Under the pieces are notes generated by a model, which searched no databases, was not told the origin of the DNA, and worked only from the letters and a program-made list of their open reading frames with translations. The position numbers were made by a program, and so were the translations under genes. 64,000 nucleotides of DNA from Amoebophrya sp. A120 (lineage: Eukaryota; Protista; Dinoflagellata). Shown one piece after another: positions 24,501-34,610 of the stretch. The stretch is from positions 9,989,979 through 10,053,978 of the forward strand of contig CAJINV010000003.1 in NCBI GenBank assembly GCA_905178155.1, read 5' to 3'. Every line of letters begins with the position of its first letter. Within the stretch, counting starts at the first letter, position 1.

Positions 24501-27500
24501 CCACCCCACCCCACCCCCGCCTCCCTCTTGTATCGCGCACTGTGATCAACGTGTGAAAACCGGCAGCACTTTCTTCCTGGTGGGGGAAGACCCCATCCCA
24601 CCCCCCCTCCCACTTTTCCAGCGCGTGCTGCTATGACGGTGCGGCAACCTGCACTATGTTCACTCGGGGGGGGGCGAAATCCGCCCCGACATCCCCGTGA
24701 CCTCCATGGGGGTGAAGCCCCTCGGCCTTTCCGCCCGTAGCGAGCGGCAGCAGGCCAGGAGTGCAGCCCCGCCCGATAGCGCTAGGGAAGCGGCGCCAGC
24801 GCATGCTGGGCAAGCGGCAGCCGCGAGGGAAGCGAAAGCCGGCTAGCGCAGGGAAGCGGTAGCCGGCTTGCGCAGGGAAGCCGTAGCTGGCACTCTGAGT
24901 ACGGTGTCGTTCCGTTGAGCAAGCCTCTGCCAAAGTGCCTTCTGCCTTAGTTCAGGCTGCTTCTTGTTGCCCTGTCCGGTTGCTATGATGGGTAGGGTCC
25001 CTCTCCCTGCGTGGCTAGGTGCTGCTACACGACGGACCCCGCAGAGGCAGGTGCTATCCCACGGAGGCTGACTCGTTACCCGACTCGCCATGTCAAGCCC
25101 GGCCCGGGGGCAGGCCGGCTCGTGCCCGAACGTACGCCCATACATAGTAATGGATCCGATGCCGTTCTTTCACCTGGGCCCGGCCTGAAAAGAGTGGCTC
25201 CGGAATACCTCGCGGGGCGCCAGGAGCTATGCGTTGGATCTCCGCTGGCTGCATTGCCAGGAGTGTAGGATACCTGCCGGCCGATGCGACGGCGCTGGAC
25301 CACGTTCCACAGCCCCATGCTGCACCCTCGGCGTGCTCTCGTCGGTCCGACGCCTGATGCAGCTGCCCGTCAGGGCAAGCGTACGCAGGAGTGGGCTGGG
25401 CTAGGTGCGGCACATTCGTCGCACCTCCTTGCCAGGCCGCGCACCCTACCGGCGAGATGGGGAACACCATCCACCCCAAGGACACGTGGCAGAGCTTGAG
25501 GATTTATTTTTGCGGTGCTCTAAAACATTTCCATCGTGATGAAGCGATGACAAACAAACGCCAGTACTACTACTTCCCCAAACCACAGCGTAGAGACGAG
25601 AGCGCGCAGCTCGCAGTCGCGAAAGAGCAGAGGAAGCAGCTGGAGGCCGAGTTGCGACACAAGCGCGAGTATCCGCTGCAAGCGCGAGCACCCGCCTGGA
25701 TCAAGAAAAATGCAAATTCTTGCGCTTGCTGCTGCTGTTTGTGTGCAATGAGAATGACGAGAACAGTGGCGCTTCAATTCATCACATGGATTGGCGTTTA
25801 TGGGAAAATTATTATGAGTGTGCTGCAGGGAACGTCAAGCTGAAAGCAGCGGACATTGCCCAATTATGGCGGTTCGCTGTTTTTTTGCTGTATCTTTTAT
25901 GACGAGCTCGTATCAAGAAAAGAGTCAAAGAGTTGGTAGAAATGAATGGTTGAGTATGAGCGTCAGACGGAAGGTAGCTAAGACGTGATGAGTAGCGGAA
26001 TTGCCTTATGTACTCAAGCACACGCATTGTAAGCACTCTTGCATTTTCTTCGACTCAGATATGTTTGCAAATGAAAACGAGATTCAGCGGCGCATGCATC
26101 CCAGGACGTACGAAGACTTCGCAGTTCTGCACAAAGAATTGGAGATGTGGCGAGTAAAAGAAACCCGAAGAATAAAAGAAGGTAGAACTGTGGTAGTTGT
26201 TTTCTTTGCCTTCCTGAGGTTGCCCTCATGAAACAATTCTCATCTTTGCAAATAGCGCTCGTCTATTTTGCGCGACAGACTTTTTGTTTTTACACCGCAT
26301 GCATTATACCCAAAATAGATCTGGACACCAGTAAGGAGCAGAAGCACCAAGCCTTGGAGCAGCTGCTGCACAAAGAGACGAGGTTGCTGCAGACCCTGGA
26401 CAAGTTGAAGACTCAGGCGCACAAGCAAAACAAGGGCGCCAAGGTCCGAAAACAGCTCGAACAAATGTCACAGCGTATCCTGGGTAAAAACCTCAAAACC
26501 TCGCCGCGTGGCACGTACGCAGCAGAGAAGTCCACTTTATTTACTACATCGCGCAGAGTTCGGGTGTGAACTTACTGCCTGACCGTCTTCGGAGGTGGTT
26601 TCTAGATCCAGTCTGTGTGCCGGTTTTTACGTCGGCGCGACTTAGGGTGCATGGGGTAAAAATACGAATGGCCACGCCGGCGTGTCCGGCTACCGCTTAC
26701 CTGACGTGCACAATGCGCGAAGTTGAATAAAGTCAAAAGTCTGTTTTTGTGTAGTCTACTCCATGCATCGGGCGATATTGTCTGGGGTGGTTTTTGGACA
26801 GGATACCTCCAAAGGTGTGGCGGCAAAGTGATAACGAGATTGTACGCAAGACATTTGAGTGGCTGTCTCTCCGTTGTCCCGGTAACCTCACATGGAAGAC
26901 ATATCACAGACGCAGTGCTGTGTGGGATTGGTTGCAGATCGATTTGCAATGCGAAAAGCTCAATTGAACAGAAAAAGCATACAACATCGTGATTGGGTTC
27001 AGAAGCAGCTGCAGGAGACGCAGGCTGTTTTGACCAGTTGCGGCCGTGTGCGCAGCATGACGAGCTTGCGTTTTTATGCAAAATGAAAGACTCAATGAGG
27101 CACTCCCACTTGAGCTTCCAATGGATTTCTTGTGAGTCGGATCGTGGCAATGGAGAATCAGCTATCTGGCGCGTATAAGCGACAACGGTCCACACACCCT
27201 ACACCACTAGGGCAAAAGAACTGCTCGACCTCTTATGATCTGCAAGAGTGATGTAATCGCTTCCGACACTGGCCTCGCTCATTTCCTCCAGCCGTTTTTC
27301 TATGAGTGCGCATGTCTTGTTGCAACCAGTTGTTATTTGGCAGCATATATATGCTTAGCATAACCACGGCTGCGCGACTATGCCACTGTTGCAACGCATA
27401 CCTCTACAACGGCCTCAATTTGCCCCTCCTGTCTATTGACGAAAGGCTCGACGTGCTGCTACACGTATAGCTTTGTTCTTTTTGGTCTTCGTTTTTTGAC

Positions 27501-28740
27501 TCTCGGAGATCGGACCTTCTGGCTATCTCTTTTATTCGTCGCCACCTCTACCTCTAGGCAAAAACAAAAAGTCGTCTTGCCAAACACATCATGCACAGAA
27601 GTGGATCGTGATGTATCGGCCGTCGTGCCTCTGCCGACCGGCTCTCGTACGAGGGATCTGGTATTAAGAATAAAGAGAAGAACTGGAATAAAAAAAAGAG
27701 AGAGAAAACTCGTTTATGCGATACTGGCCGCCACGCAATTTCTTTTTCTACGCATTCGCCGTGGCGCACTAAATTTACATGGGTCGCCGGGAAAGGTCGG
27801 CGGGCCAAACACACAACGCACGGAAGTGAGACTATGTGTCAGCCGTTGCGCTTCTTTTACCGAGCGATCCTCGTACGAGGGGGATTGGGCGTGATGCTAG
27901 CAATTTACATCGGTTGCCCTCGCCGCGCCACCTCTAGGCAAAAGGTTGCCGCGCCAAACATACAACGCACGGAAGTGAGTCGTTTTCGTCATGTATCAGC
28001 CATCTCGCCTTGTCTACCGTCCGATCCTCGTGCGTGGGGGATCGCGCGCTGCCCTTCGTGTCTAGTACTGGCTATCACGCAGTCTCTATGTAGTCGCTGT
28101 TCCGCACGAAGTTTGCGCTGGTCGTCGTGCCACCTTTAGGTATATTGAGGTTCTTGTCGTTCCAAACCCACAACGCACGGATGTGAGTCATCATTTTTAT
28201 GTGTCTACTTTTCGGCCGTCGCGACTCTACCGACCGATCCTGGTACGAGGGGAATCGGGCGTGTCCCTTTGGATACAAATAAGTACGCACCGCACGACGG
28301 CAGTGAGTGGTCACTATGTATCAGCCGCCGCCGCGCCTCTACCGACCGACCCTCGCACGAGGGGAATCAGGCGTGGCTCTTTGGATGCAAATGTAAGAAA
28401 TCATATCCAGAATGAGTCCGAGTTTATTCCTGATTCTTAGATCAATTTGCAATGACGTCTGCAGGTGAAGTGGACGGTAAAGGAGTTCGACTGCAATCTG
28501 ACCAGAGACATAGTCGACTTGATTGATCGAGAAGCCGACATGTTGAACCGAGGCCGCAGCGAGTCGAGCTTCGCTGGCCTACGAAAACGGCTGGCAAACT
28601 TGTTCCTCCAATTTGTCGAAACGCCGGACTTCAACCCCGAGGCGAGTCGATTCCAGCAGGTTCCGCGGGACATGATTCGTCAGACCGCAGTGCAGCCGCT
28701 GTCTACCGTTCCGCTCAACACTGCAGTTGGCCGAAAATGA
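15597..28740 (+). CDS. IQUB: IQ and ubiquitin-like domain-containing protein (IQUB/FAP253, flagellar radial spoke); multi-exon, 5' exons not resolved
   Basis: Inferred exons, boundaries approximate: 15597-15669 (YVMPEVLSVTV..), 16002-16059 (IEK..KPYQGGYRHKASG), 18589-18632 (VMYHHGSTQT), 18832-18868 (KFHRDT), 21689-21757 (QT..TRSVQSTRETGTQM), 24010-24167 (IQ motif IQCHARGMFARR), 25589-25669, 26082-26181 (RRMHPRTYEDF..LEMWR), 26319-26474, 26807-26841 (PKVW), 27182-27233 (HTPYTTRAKEL), 27406-27464 (ERLDVLLH), 28465-28740 (VKWTVKEFDCNLTRDIVDLIDREAD..FNPEA). The motif order matches the IQUB family as I recall it. Confidence 0.9.
18959..18992. repeat. Compound (TAGA)n(TAGC)n microsatellite
   Basis: atagatagatagatagctagctagctagctagct, read directly from the sequence. 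Confidence 0.9.
19482..19578. repeat. (CAATG)19 pentanucleotide microsatellite
   Basis: Perfect tandem array; it explains the MQCNA-repeat ORFs in the track. Confidence 0.97.
21139..21662. mobile_element. Foldback/MITE-like element with about 50-bp TIRs, TA ends and a perfect central hairpin
   Basis: TCGAAGAAAAAAACACCATCACAATCACAAAA.. at 21141 is the reverse complement of the sequence ending at 21660. Central 31-bp perfect arms at 21369-21399 and 21402-21432, with imperfect pairing extending over about 21300-21490. Confidence 0.85.
21904..23030 (+). mobile_element. Helentron-like family copy containing a nested insertion
   Basis: 5' CGTAGGGAGGTCAC...AAAACGACCGGCAGTTTTGAAGC; degenerate 3' GCCGCACTAC-CCCCCG at about 23000. 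Confidence 0.55.
22386..22569 (+). mobile_element. 184-bp SINE-like insertion with a (GAT)n tail and a 7-bp TSD
   Basis: CCAAGAG at 22379-22385 and 22570-22576; ends in a GAT run; internal direct repeat TAACCCTCTGCGC(G/A)ATACCCCGCGCA. Confidence 0.7.
23122..23928 (+). mobile_element. Diverged Helentron-like family copy
   Basis: Degenerate 5' TATGTGCTGAAGTCAC..AAAACGAGCGGCAGTTT; 3' GACGTCACTAC (23891-23901) followed by the hairpin CCGC-tgag-GCGG and TATATT. Confidence 0.5.
24010..24167 (+). CDS. IQUB: IQUB exon carrying the IQ motif
   Basis: cag| ... |gtgagt boundaries; encodes VVYVSDEHDKVISGTRYFSS..KIQVIQCHARGMFARRRARMLRQ. Confidence 0.85.
24315..24890. repeat. Repeated G-tract/C-tract hairpin units followed by short tandem AGCGCAGGGAAGCG units
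   Basis: GGGGGGGGAACCCCCCCC, GGGGGAGGAGACCCCCC, GGGGGAAGACCCC and similar; GGGAAGC repeated about every 20 bp at about 24780-24885. Confidence 0.6.
27583..28400 (+). repeat. Five-unit degenerate repeat array inside the last IQUB intron
   Basis: Core ACAACGCACGGAAGTGAG..TATCAGCC..CCGATCCTCGTACGAGGGG starting near 27583, 27808, 27956, 28164 and 28286, separated by variable spacers. Confidence 0.8.
28465..28740 (+). CDS. IQUB: IQUB terminal exon
   Basis: ctgcag| acceptor; conserved C-terminus LIDREADMLNRG..GLRKRLANLFLQFVETPDFNPEA; TGA at 28738-28740. Confidence 0.9.
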   Translation: MKWTVKEFDCNLTRDIVDLIDREADMLNRGRSESSFAGLRKRLANLFLQFVETPDFNPEASRFQQVPRDMIRQTAVQPLSTVPLNTAVGRK

Positions 28741-29594
28741 CCAGAGGAGGAGAACCAGCATGTCCCCCGGTTGGCCCGATGCATCAGTTTCGCGTTACTT
28801 GTTGTGCTGCCTGATTCCGAAGTAGCTTTCATGCCCAGCCAATTATACTATATGAATACAGCCCTATCCTATAATTTAATGAATCTAAATACGCTCGTTC
28901 AAGGTTTGGGCGTTTTGCTTTTCCTTTTGTTAATGACTGACCCGCATTATCTCAAGCATGCTGCAATTGTCAACTGATATTCCGTGAGCAATGTGCTTCA
29001 GGAATGCGCAGGGCTTCCACTTAGGTAACAGATTTTTCCGCTCTATAATTCAACCGTGTGATGATTTGCTACACGGAAAACAATCCGAGAACATTTGGCG
29101 CTCAGGCTCCGGCGGTTTGGAAGCAGTTGGTTTAGTCTCTTCGCAAGACCACGACCATACGGATGCATGTTTCATGTATATAAAATCCCGCGGGACGTCT
29201 GCCGCGATCAACCGAGACCGAACAGATTTCAATCGAAAAATAGGAGTCGTGTGGGAATAGCTCTGCCATCGTTGAGTATGTGCTGCATTTTATTCAGACC
29301 GTGGCTTTTTGTTTCTCTTTAATCCACTTCGCAGTTTTCGATCGCGAGGCGATGCTGTTTTTCTGATTCGCTGTAGTTTCGCGCAGTCCTGGAACTATGG
29401 ATCGAGTCTTGTCGTTCTAGCGAAAGGCTGTTACTCACTTTTCTGTAAAAACTAACTCAGGAAACGCAAAAGCAAAACCAAAAAGAAGTAGAACGAAGCC
29501 CGGCCCCTTTTTTCGTTACCCCTCCCCTTTTTTTCTTTTTTTCTAGTCTGCGAAACAGTAAAACGAGGTGCGTACCCCGCGCGTCCCATCGCAC

Positions 29595-29615
29595 GATAGA
29601 TAGATAGATAGATAG
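29595..29615. repeat. (GATA)5 microsatellite
   Basis: Read directly from the sequence. Confidence 0.85.
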
Positions 29616-29928
29616 CGATTACAACTCAGAGCGGAAGCCTATGGACGTAAAGTCGTTGGTTGAGCGAATCATTGTCAGCAGCCCGCAAAAGCCCGCAGCA
29701 GCTCGCTTTATCGGGTCTCGCGGTTTTCGCCGAAAAATTAGATCAACCCGGTGAATCATCAGTAGGACTCGATGCTTAATACGCTGGACGTTTTTCTCCT
29801 ACGTACTACTTACTGCCTCGCTTGCGGATGTTCGCGCATACATGAAGGGCGATTTCTGTAGTTGTTAGAGAGTAGAGGAGTCGCTTCCAGAAGGAGTGAA
29901 AGCGATCGGAATCAGTCACAGTCAATAG

Positions 29929-32300
29929 ATGGGCTTGGCATACAGTAGCATTTTTCAGCGACTGCCCCCCGGGGCCCGCGTGGTTGTGATGGGACCTCAG
30001 AACGCGGGCAAGAAGACGTTGGTGGGCCGGCTCAAATTACAGGAGGAAAAGATCGTAGTTCGCATGCCGGATGCATTCAGCATTCGAGCCTTTCGCACGC
30101 CTCCGACCACCGTGACCGGATCTGGCCGGGCGGACGGCGTAGGAGATGGACCACGATATGCATTGCAAACATAGTATCCATCTGGGTCTGCGAGGTATTG
30201 ATGCTAATTCTTGAATGACAAAGCGACTGCTGCAGGAAGCAACGGGTCACAAGTGTTGTAGCGCAGGATAATTGGCTCGTCTTGTACATGACAAGCCCGG
30301 TTGTTGTCTGCGCGGATTCCTACAAGAGAGGTAGCTTGTCCCCAAGTGGCGACGAAGAACGGGAGCAGCAGAGCGCGGCGAGGTTCCGGCACTGCAATGG
30401 CTCCCTTCTGTTTTCAGCATAGCAAGCCGCACTGGCCACACCTCGCCCCCCGTAAAGGATAGAAGTAGCCCCCCGCAAGTGCGGCCAATGCCGTCCGCGC
30501 GTGGTCCCATGCTGTGCGACCGGGGCCAAGGTTTTGGACGGTCCGTGACGAACGTGCTGGACAGCCAGGAGATCGTATGATATCCGGGGCGCGATCTCGC
30601 ACTCTCCGGCCGGCTCGAGGTTGGTGGGAGGTGGCGCCTCGCTGAGACCGGGCTTTGGCAATTCTTGGGGGCGCCTTTCTGAAACGCCGAAACCCGCAGA
30701 GACCGGGCCGACCGGCCAGGCAATCGTTCGCTACCTGCTCGCTTCGCATGTTATTGATAGTCTGCCTGATGCGGGTTGGGCGTTCGCCGGCTGACTAGGC
30801 GCGCAGCTTTTGCCTTTCCCGGCTGGGTGGTAGAGCAATCTGTGGCCGGGGTACGTCGGAGGGTGTTGCTTCGCCATTCCTTTTCTCCGCGTATGACAAT
30901 CGCCTCGAACAGGGACTGCCAGCAAAGTGGGGCGGCGCTGCGACAAGCATGGAAGCCGAGAGGGGCAGCGCTACACTTCGAAGCGCAGGCGACAGGGCGT
31001 CAGCCACAAAGAAGCGGCGAAGGGCTCCGGGTGGCTGCCTATGCGAATCTGTAGCGCGTCGCCTGGGCTGTGCCGGCTCCCCGCGAGAATGTGTCTAAGG
31101 CAGGCCGCTAATCTCCCATGGGGGCCACGGGGTTGATCGGGTTGAATCATGAGCAAAACAGCCAATCTACCTGGTAGATGTAGGCGGCAGCGCGCCTCCC
31201 TGCGTTGCGTTACCACAGAACTTGCCGGAGGGGTGTCAGTGATGCGCGTGCGCCGGCCAGCAGCGCAAACAGGCCGGCCGGCCACAGGCCCGGCGGGGTT
31301 GTTCACATTGGCGGCATGGGCAACAAGAAGCCGCTGCGCAAGAACGGCAGGCACCAGCGAGCTTGTTGGCGCCACGACAAAGGGCGACGGACAGGACGCG
31401 GGCGAGGCGTGCAGCACGCAGGCGGGCCCAGGTGCAACGAGGCGCCTACGTCCAGCGCGCGCCCGCTGAGTGGTTTGCCTTGTTGCCAGCAGGCCCGGCG
31501 AGCAACCTACTGCTGCAGGACACGCGGGCAGGCCGAAGAAAACAAGCGTGGCAACGGCGGGGGATGCAGCGCAGGGAGCGCCGGCGATGTATTGCGATGG
31601 CGGGGGGCGCTTCGGGTCAGGGCAAACCGGGCGCACCGGAACACGTAGCGAAGGCAGGGAAGCAGGCGAGGCGATGCGCCGCAGGGGCAGGGAGCGAACG
31701 CCCGCGAGTGCGATGTTGCGTTGGCTGCAGTGTTCCCGACCTAGAATTGTTTGCAATGGATGCATGACCTGCGGAAGCAACGCCGTCGGTGCTGTGCCTT
31801 GATTTAACACGAAAAATCTGGGCCAAGTACGCTGCGGATTTGCGGAAGTACTACAGTCAAGCGGAGTGTCTCTATGAGAGTGCACAAGCCCTCGCCCACG
31901 TCAGTTGAAGGGCATCTGCAGAAAAAGAACAAGGGGTAGCGAAGTGGTCGCAGCCCCTGTATGATACACTGGGAAAGGGGGAGCGGTGCACCCGCATAGT
32001 TGCATTTTCGTCGTTGACAGTAGTGACCGAGATTCGCTACTGGACGCCAAGGATCTGCTGCGCCGGTTGCTGAAAGACCCTTCCGTCACGGATAGTGTTA
32101 TTCTGGTGCTGGCAAACAAGCAGGACGTGGACGGCGCACTGTCGGTGGGCTCCGTGACACGCCTGTTGGATCTGGAGCAATTCAACAGCTTGATCTGGCG
32201 CGTCATTTCCACATCCGCGCTCTCTGAGCAGGGCGTCTACGAAGCCTTGGACTGGATGAGCCGAACAATCGTCAAGAAGGCGGAGCTCGATGCAGATTGA
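29929..32300 (+). CDS. Divergent ADP-ribosylation factor (ARF/ARL)-like small GTPase, at least 4 exons
   Basis: N-terminal MG myristoylation-type start; P-loop GPQNAGKKT; exon at about 31807-31847 (TRKIWAKY, equivalent to IRPLWRHY); GT-AG intron 31848-31999; last exon CIFVVDSSDR..VLANKQD..TSA..GVYEALDW ending at TGA 32300. Confidence 0.85.
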
Positions 32301-33476
32301 GATGATAGTGCGTGCCTAAGCAAGTGCGAAGCACTCACGCGCTTGGCTGTAGCAAGCCAGCCGGAGTAGAAATGCAGCGCCGCGAGTGGGAGCACGTACT
32401 ATCGACAGAGGCGGTCTTTCTCGGATAGTACATTCAAGGTCTGGGGGAGCAGGTTCACTACGGACAAGCGAGTAGTGCAGAGTTTAGATCTATAGAATAC
32501 TGCTATTGGGAGTTTTCATCCTGTGACTGTTGCTTTGTGTTCCTACGGCCGCTTTTCGGAGCAGTGCCATTATTTGTGTAGAATACTGCGAAAAGGCCCT
32601 TGGACAATTATACTAATGAATATAGGACTATAGTATGTAGCTAGCAGTAGCACGGGCGGTCGCTCCGCGACCGCTGGAGAGGTGTGGAGTATACTAAAAA
32701 ACGACGGGCCCGATTTCCTAGTGGGAAGGCTGCACCAGCCGCGGGGAAGGGGTGGGGGGCGAAAACCCTACAAGCACAGGGCTCGTCCGCGCGCCTGAGC
32801 CCCCTAGAGAAACACAAAGGCGTGGCAGCGGCCCGCCCAAGTCCCCCGGAGCAGGAGAAGCTCCGGGGAACAGAAAGGACGCCTGGGGCAGCCGCAAACG
32901 GGAAGGGGGCGAGCCTTCCGAGCGGTTCCCGATTTGCGAGGACCCCTCCAAGGCGGTGGGGCTGCTTTTGACGGGACCCACAAGACCGCGGACGCGGAGC
33001 ATGCAAAAAGAAGGGCCTAGCCAGCCCGCCACCTGCAGCCAGCACAGCGGTGGGGCTTGGCGCGCTGTTTTTGGGAATCATATTTATACATAGGGCGCCG
33101 AGAAAAGGCGCGTCCTGTTCTTTGTGCAGGGCGGCGGGGGCATCCACACCAAGAAGGGGCCACCCCCGCGAGGCAAAACGGGGCGGCCCAAACAAAGCGC
33201 AAAGCCATCTCCGGCGCCGTGGCATGGCCGCAGTTACTTCGCATGCACCTGCGGGCACAGCATCACGCGCCGCGCCACCCCTGTCCAGTATCTATTAACT
33301 CGCCCTCTTAGGGTTGTGCCCCATTTTCCCGGGGACGAGCGCCACACGCACACCGCGCTAGCACACAGACACGGCCTGCACGGCGCTAGTTACTCCACAG
33401 GGCAAGGGAAGCCAGCAGCGCGGGCGAGCTGTGGCGGAACCTCGGGGCGAACCGGCCCGCGAGGCACTGGGGGCAA

Positions 33477-33636
33477 ATTTCTACTAGTAAGTTTTCTACG
33501 TAGTAAACTTTCTACTAGTAGCCTTACTAATAGGTAGAATTTTTGCTCCCTTGTTCCGATAAACTTACTAGTGACGTTGTTTACCAGTAAGAGTTTGCAG
33601 ATTTTCGTAAACTAGGAAGATTTCACTAGTAGAAAT
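33477..33636. mobile_element. Small MITE-like inverted-repeat element rich in ACTAGT
   Basis: 12-bp TIR ATTTCTACTAGT / ACTAGTAGAAAT, with internal copies of CTACTAGTA. Confidence 0.55.
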
Positions 33637-33683
33637 CACACGAAGCGCCAATCGCATTTCTTGCCGTATAGTAAGTATAGCTG

Positions 33684-33820
33684 GTATTGCGAGGCCACCG
33701 AACGGCTCTAACCAGGGAGTTTTTTTGGCTTCTCCCGCGCAAAACGACTGGCAGTTTTCAATCCTACAGAGAGTTCCTATACATGAAAAAAGTCACAGCG
33801 TGCCAGCCTGTTTGGCTCTC
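33684..33820 (+). mobile_element. 5' fragment of the Helentron-like family
   Basis: GAGGCCACCGAACGGCTCTAACC..AAAACGACTGGCAGTTTTCAA..GCCAGCCTGTTTGGCT matches the start of copies A and B. Confidence 0.7.
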
Positions 33821-34363
33821 CGGACTCGAAGTGTCGTTATGTGAGGGATAAGTCGGCGCTCGTCCTTTCGAAGAGTTATATTTATTTTTGCGGGAAGAAG
33901 TAGGAGTTGAAGTAGGCTCAAACGCTTGCACGCGTCTGCGTCGTCGTTTTGGACTGGTGCAGATAGTGTCGAAAATTTTGCAAAAGGGTGGCGCACTGCG
34001 TTGAGATTTTTGGGGCCCTCACTCGCTGCTTCTTGCCATCGCGTCCATAATAAATACTTAAGGCTATTTGTCATGATTTTGGTGAGACTGAGTGGCAAGA
34101 AAGAGCGAGAGTCTCCTCCTTGCACTGCGTAGTGAATAAGTAATGGATCTCGGTTTCAAAGACTGGAATCGGTGAAGAGGCTTCTGCACATCTCTACAGC
34201 ATGCAACGACATCGCGCTCGGAATAATACATCGTTTTAGAAGAATCTTTAAGTTCAGGTTGCTACTCTTTGGAGGAGAAGCACGGCACTGTTTGTGATTT
34301 TTACTCACTCAACTTCATACATACTCTTTTCGTGCCTTCTGCGGAGCAAGCGCAAGTCCTGTG

Positions 34364-34610
34364 ATGCCAGAAGTTGAGGCAAACGAACAGCAAGGCGGCG
34401 CAAGCCCAACCGCGCAATCTGGGAGCGCAGAGTCACTTTCTCCTGAACGCAGCCCCGAGCTGAGTCCCGCAGGTCGCATATCAGAAGCGAGTCATGACGA
34501 TAGCTTTGTGCCAAAAAAGTTGAAGCCAGAACAAATTCGGCAACTCAGCAACCAGTCCCTCGGCGACGTCGCAAACCAGTACCACCAGCGGAAGTTTCCG
34601 AAGGCCTTTC
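34364..34610 (+). CDS. Probable first exon (S/P/E-rich N-terminus), possibly of the downstream coiled-coil gene
   Basis: ATG-initiated MPEVEANEQQGGASP..QRKFPKAF followed by a gtatag donor. The link to later exons is not shown. Confidence 0.5.

Noticed and set aside
27583-28400. CRISPR-like repeat-spacer appearance
   Set aside because: Units are long and degenerate, spacers are unequal and partly homologous, there are no cas genes, and the context is a eukaryotic intron.
30120-30140. Out-of-frame DLAG resembling the ARF G3 motif
   Set aside because: It lacks the preceding VW, is in the wrong frame and runs into a TAG. Probably coincidental intron sequence.
31844-31999. Apparent GG...CC non-canonical intron in the ARF gene
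   Set aside because: A canonical GT-AG intron of identical length (31848-31999) gives equally correct spacing.
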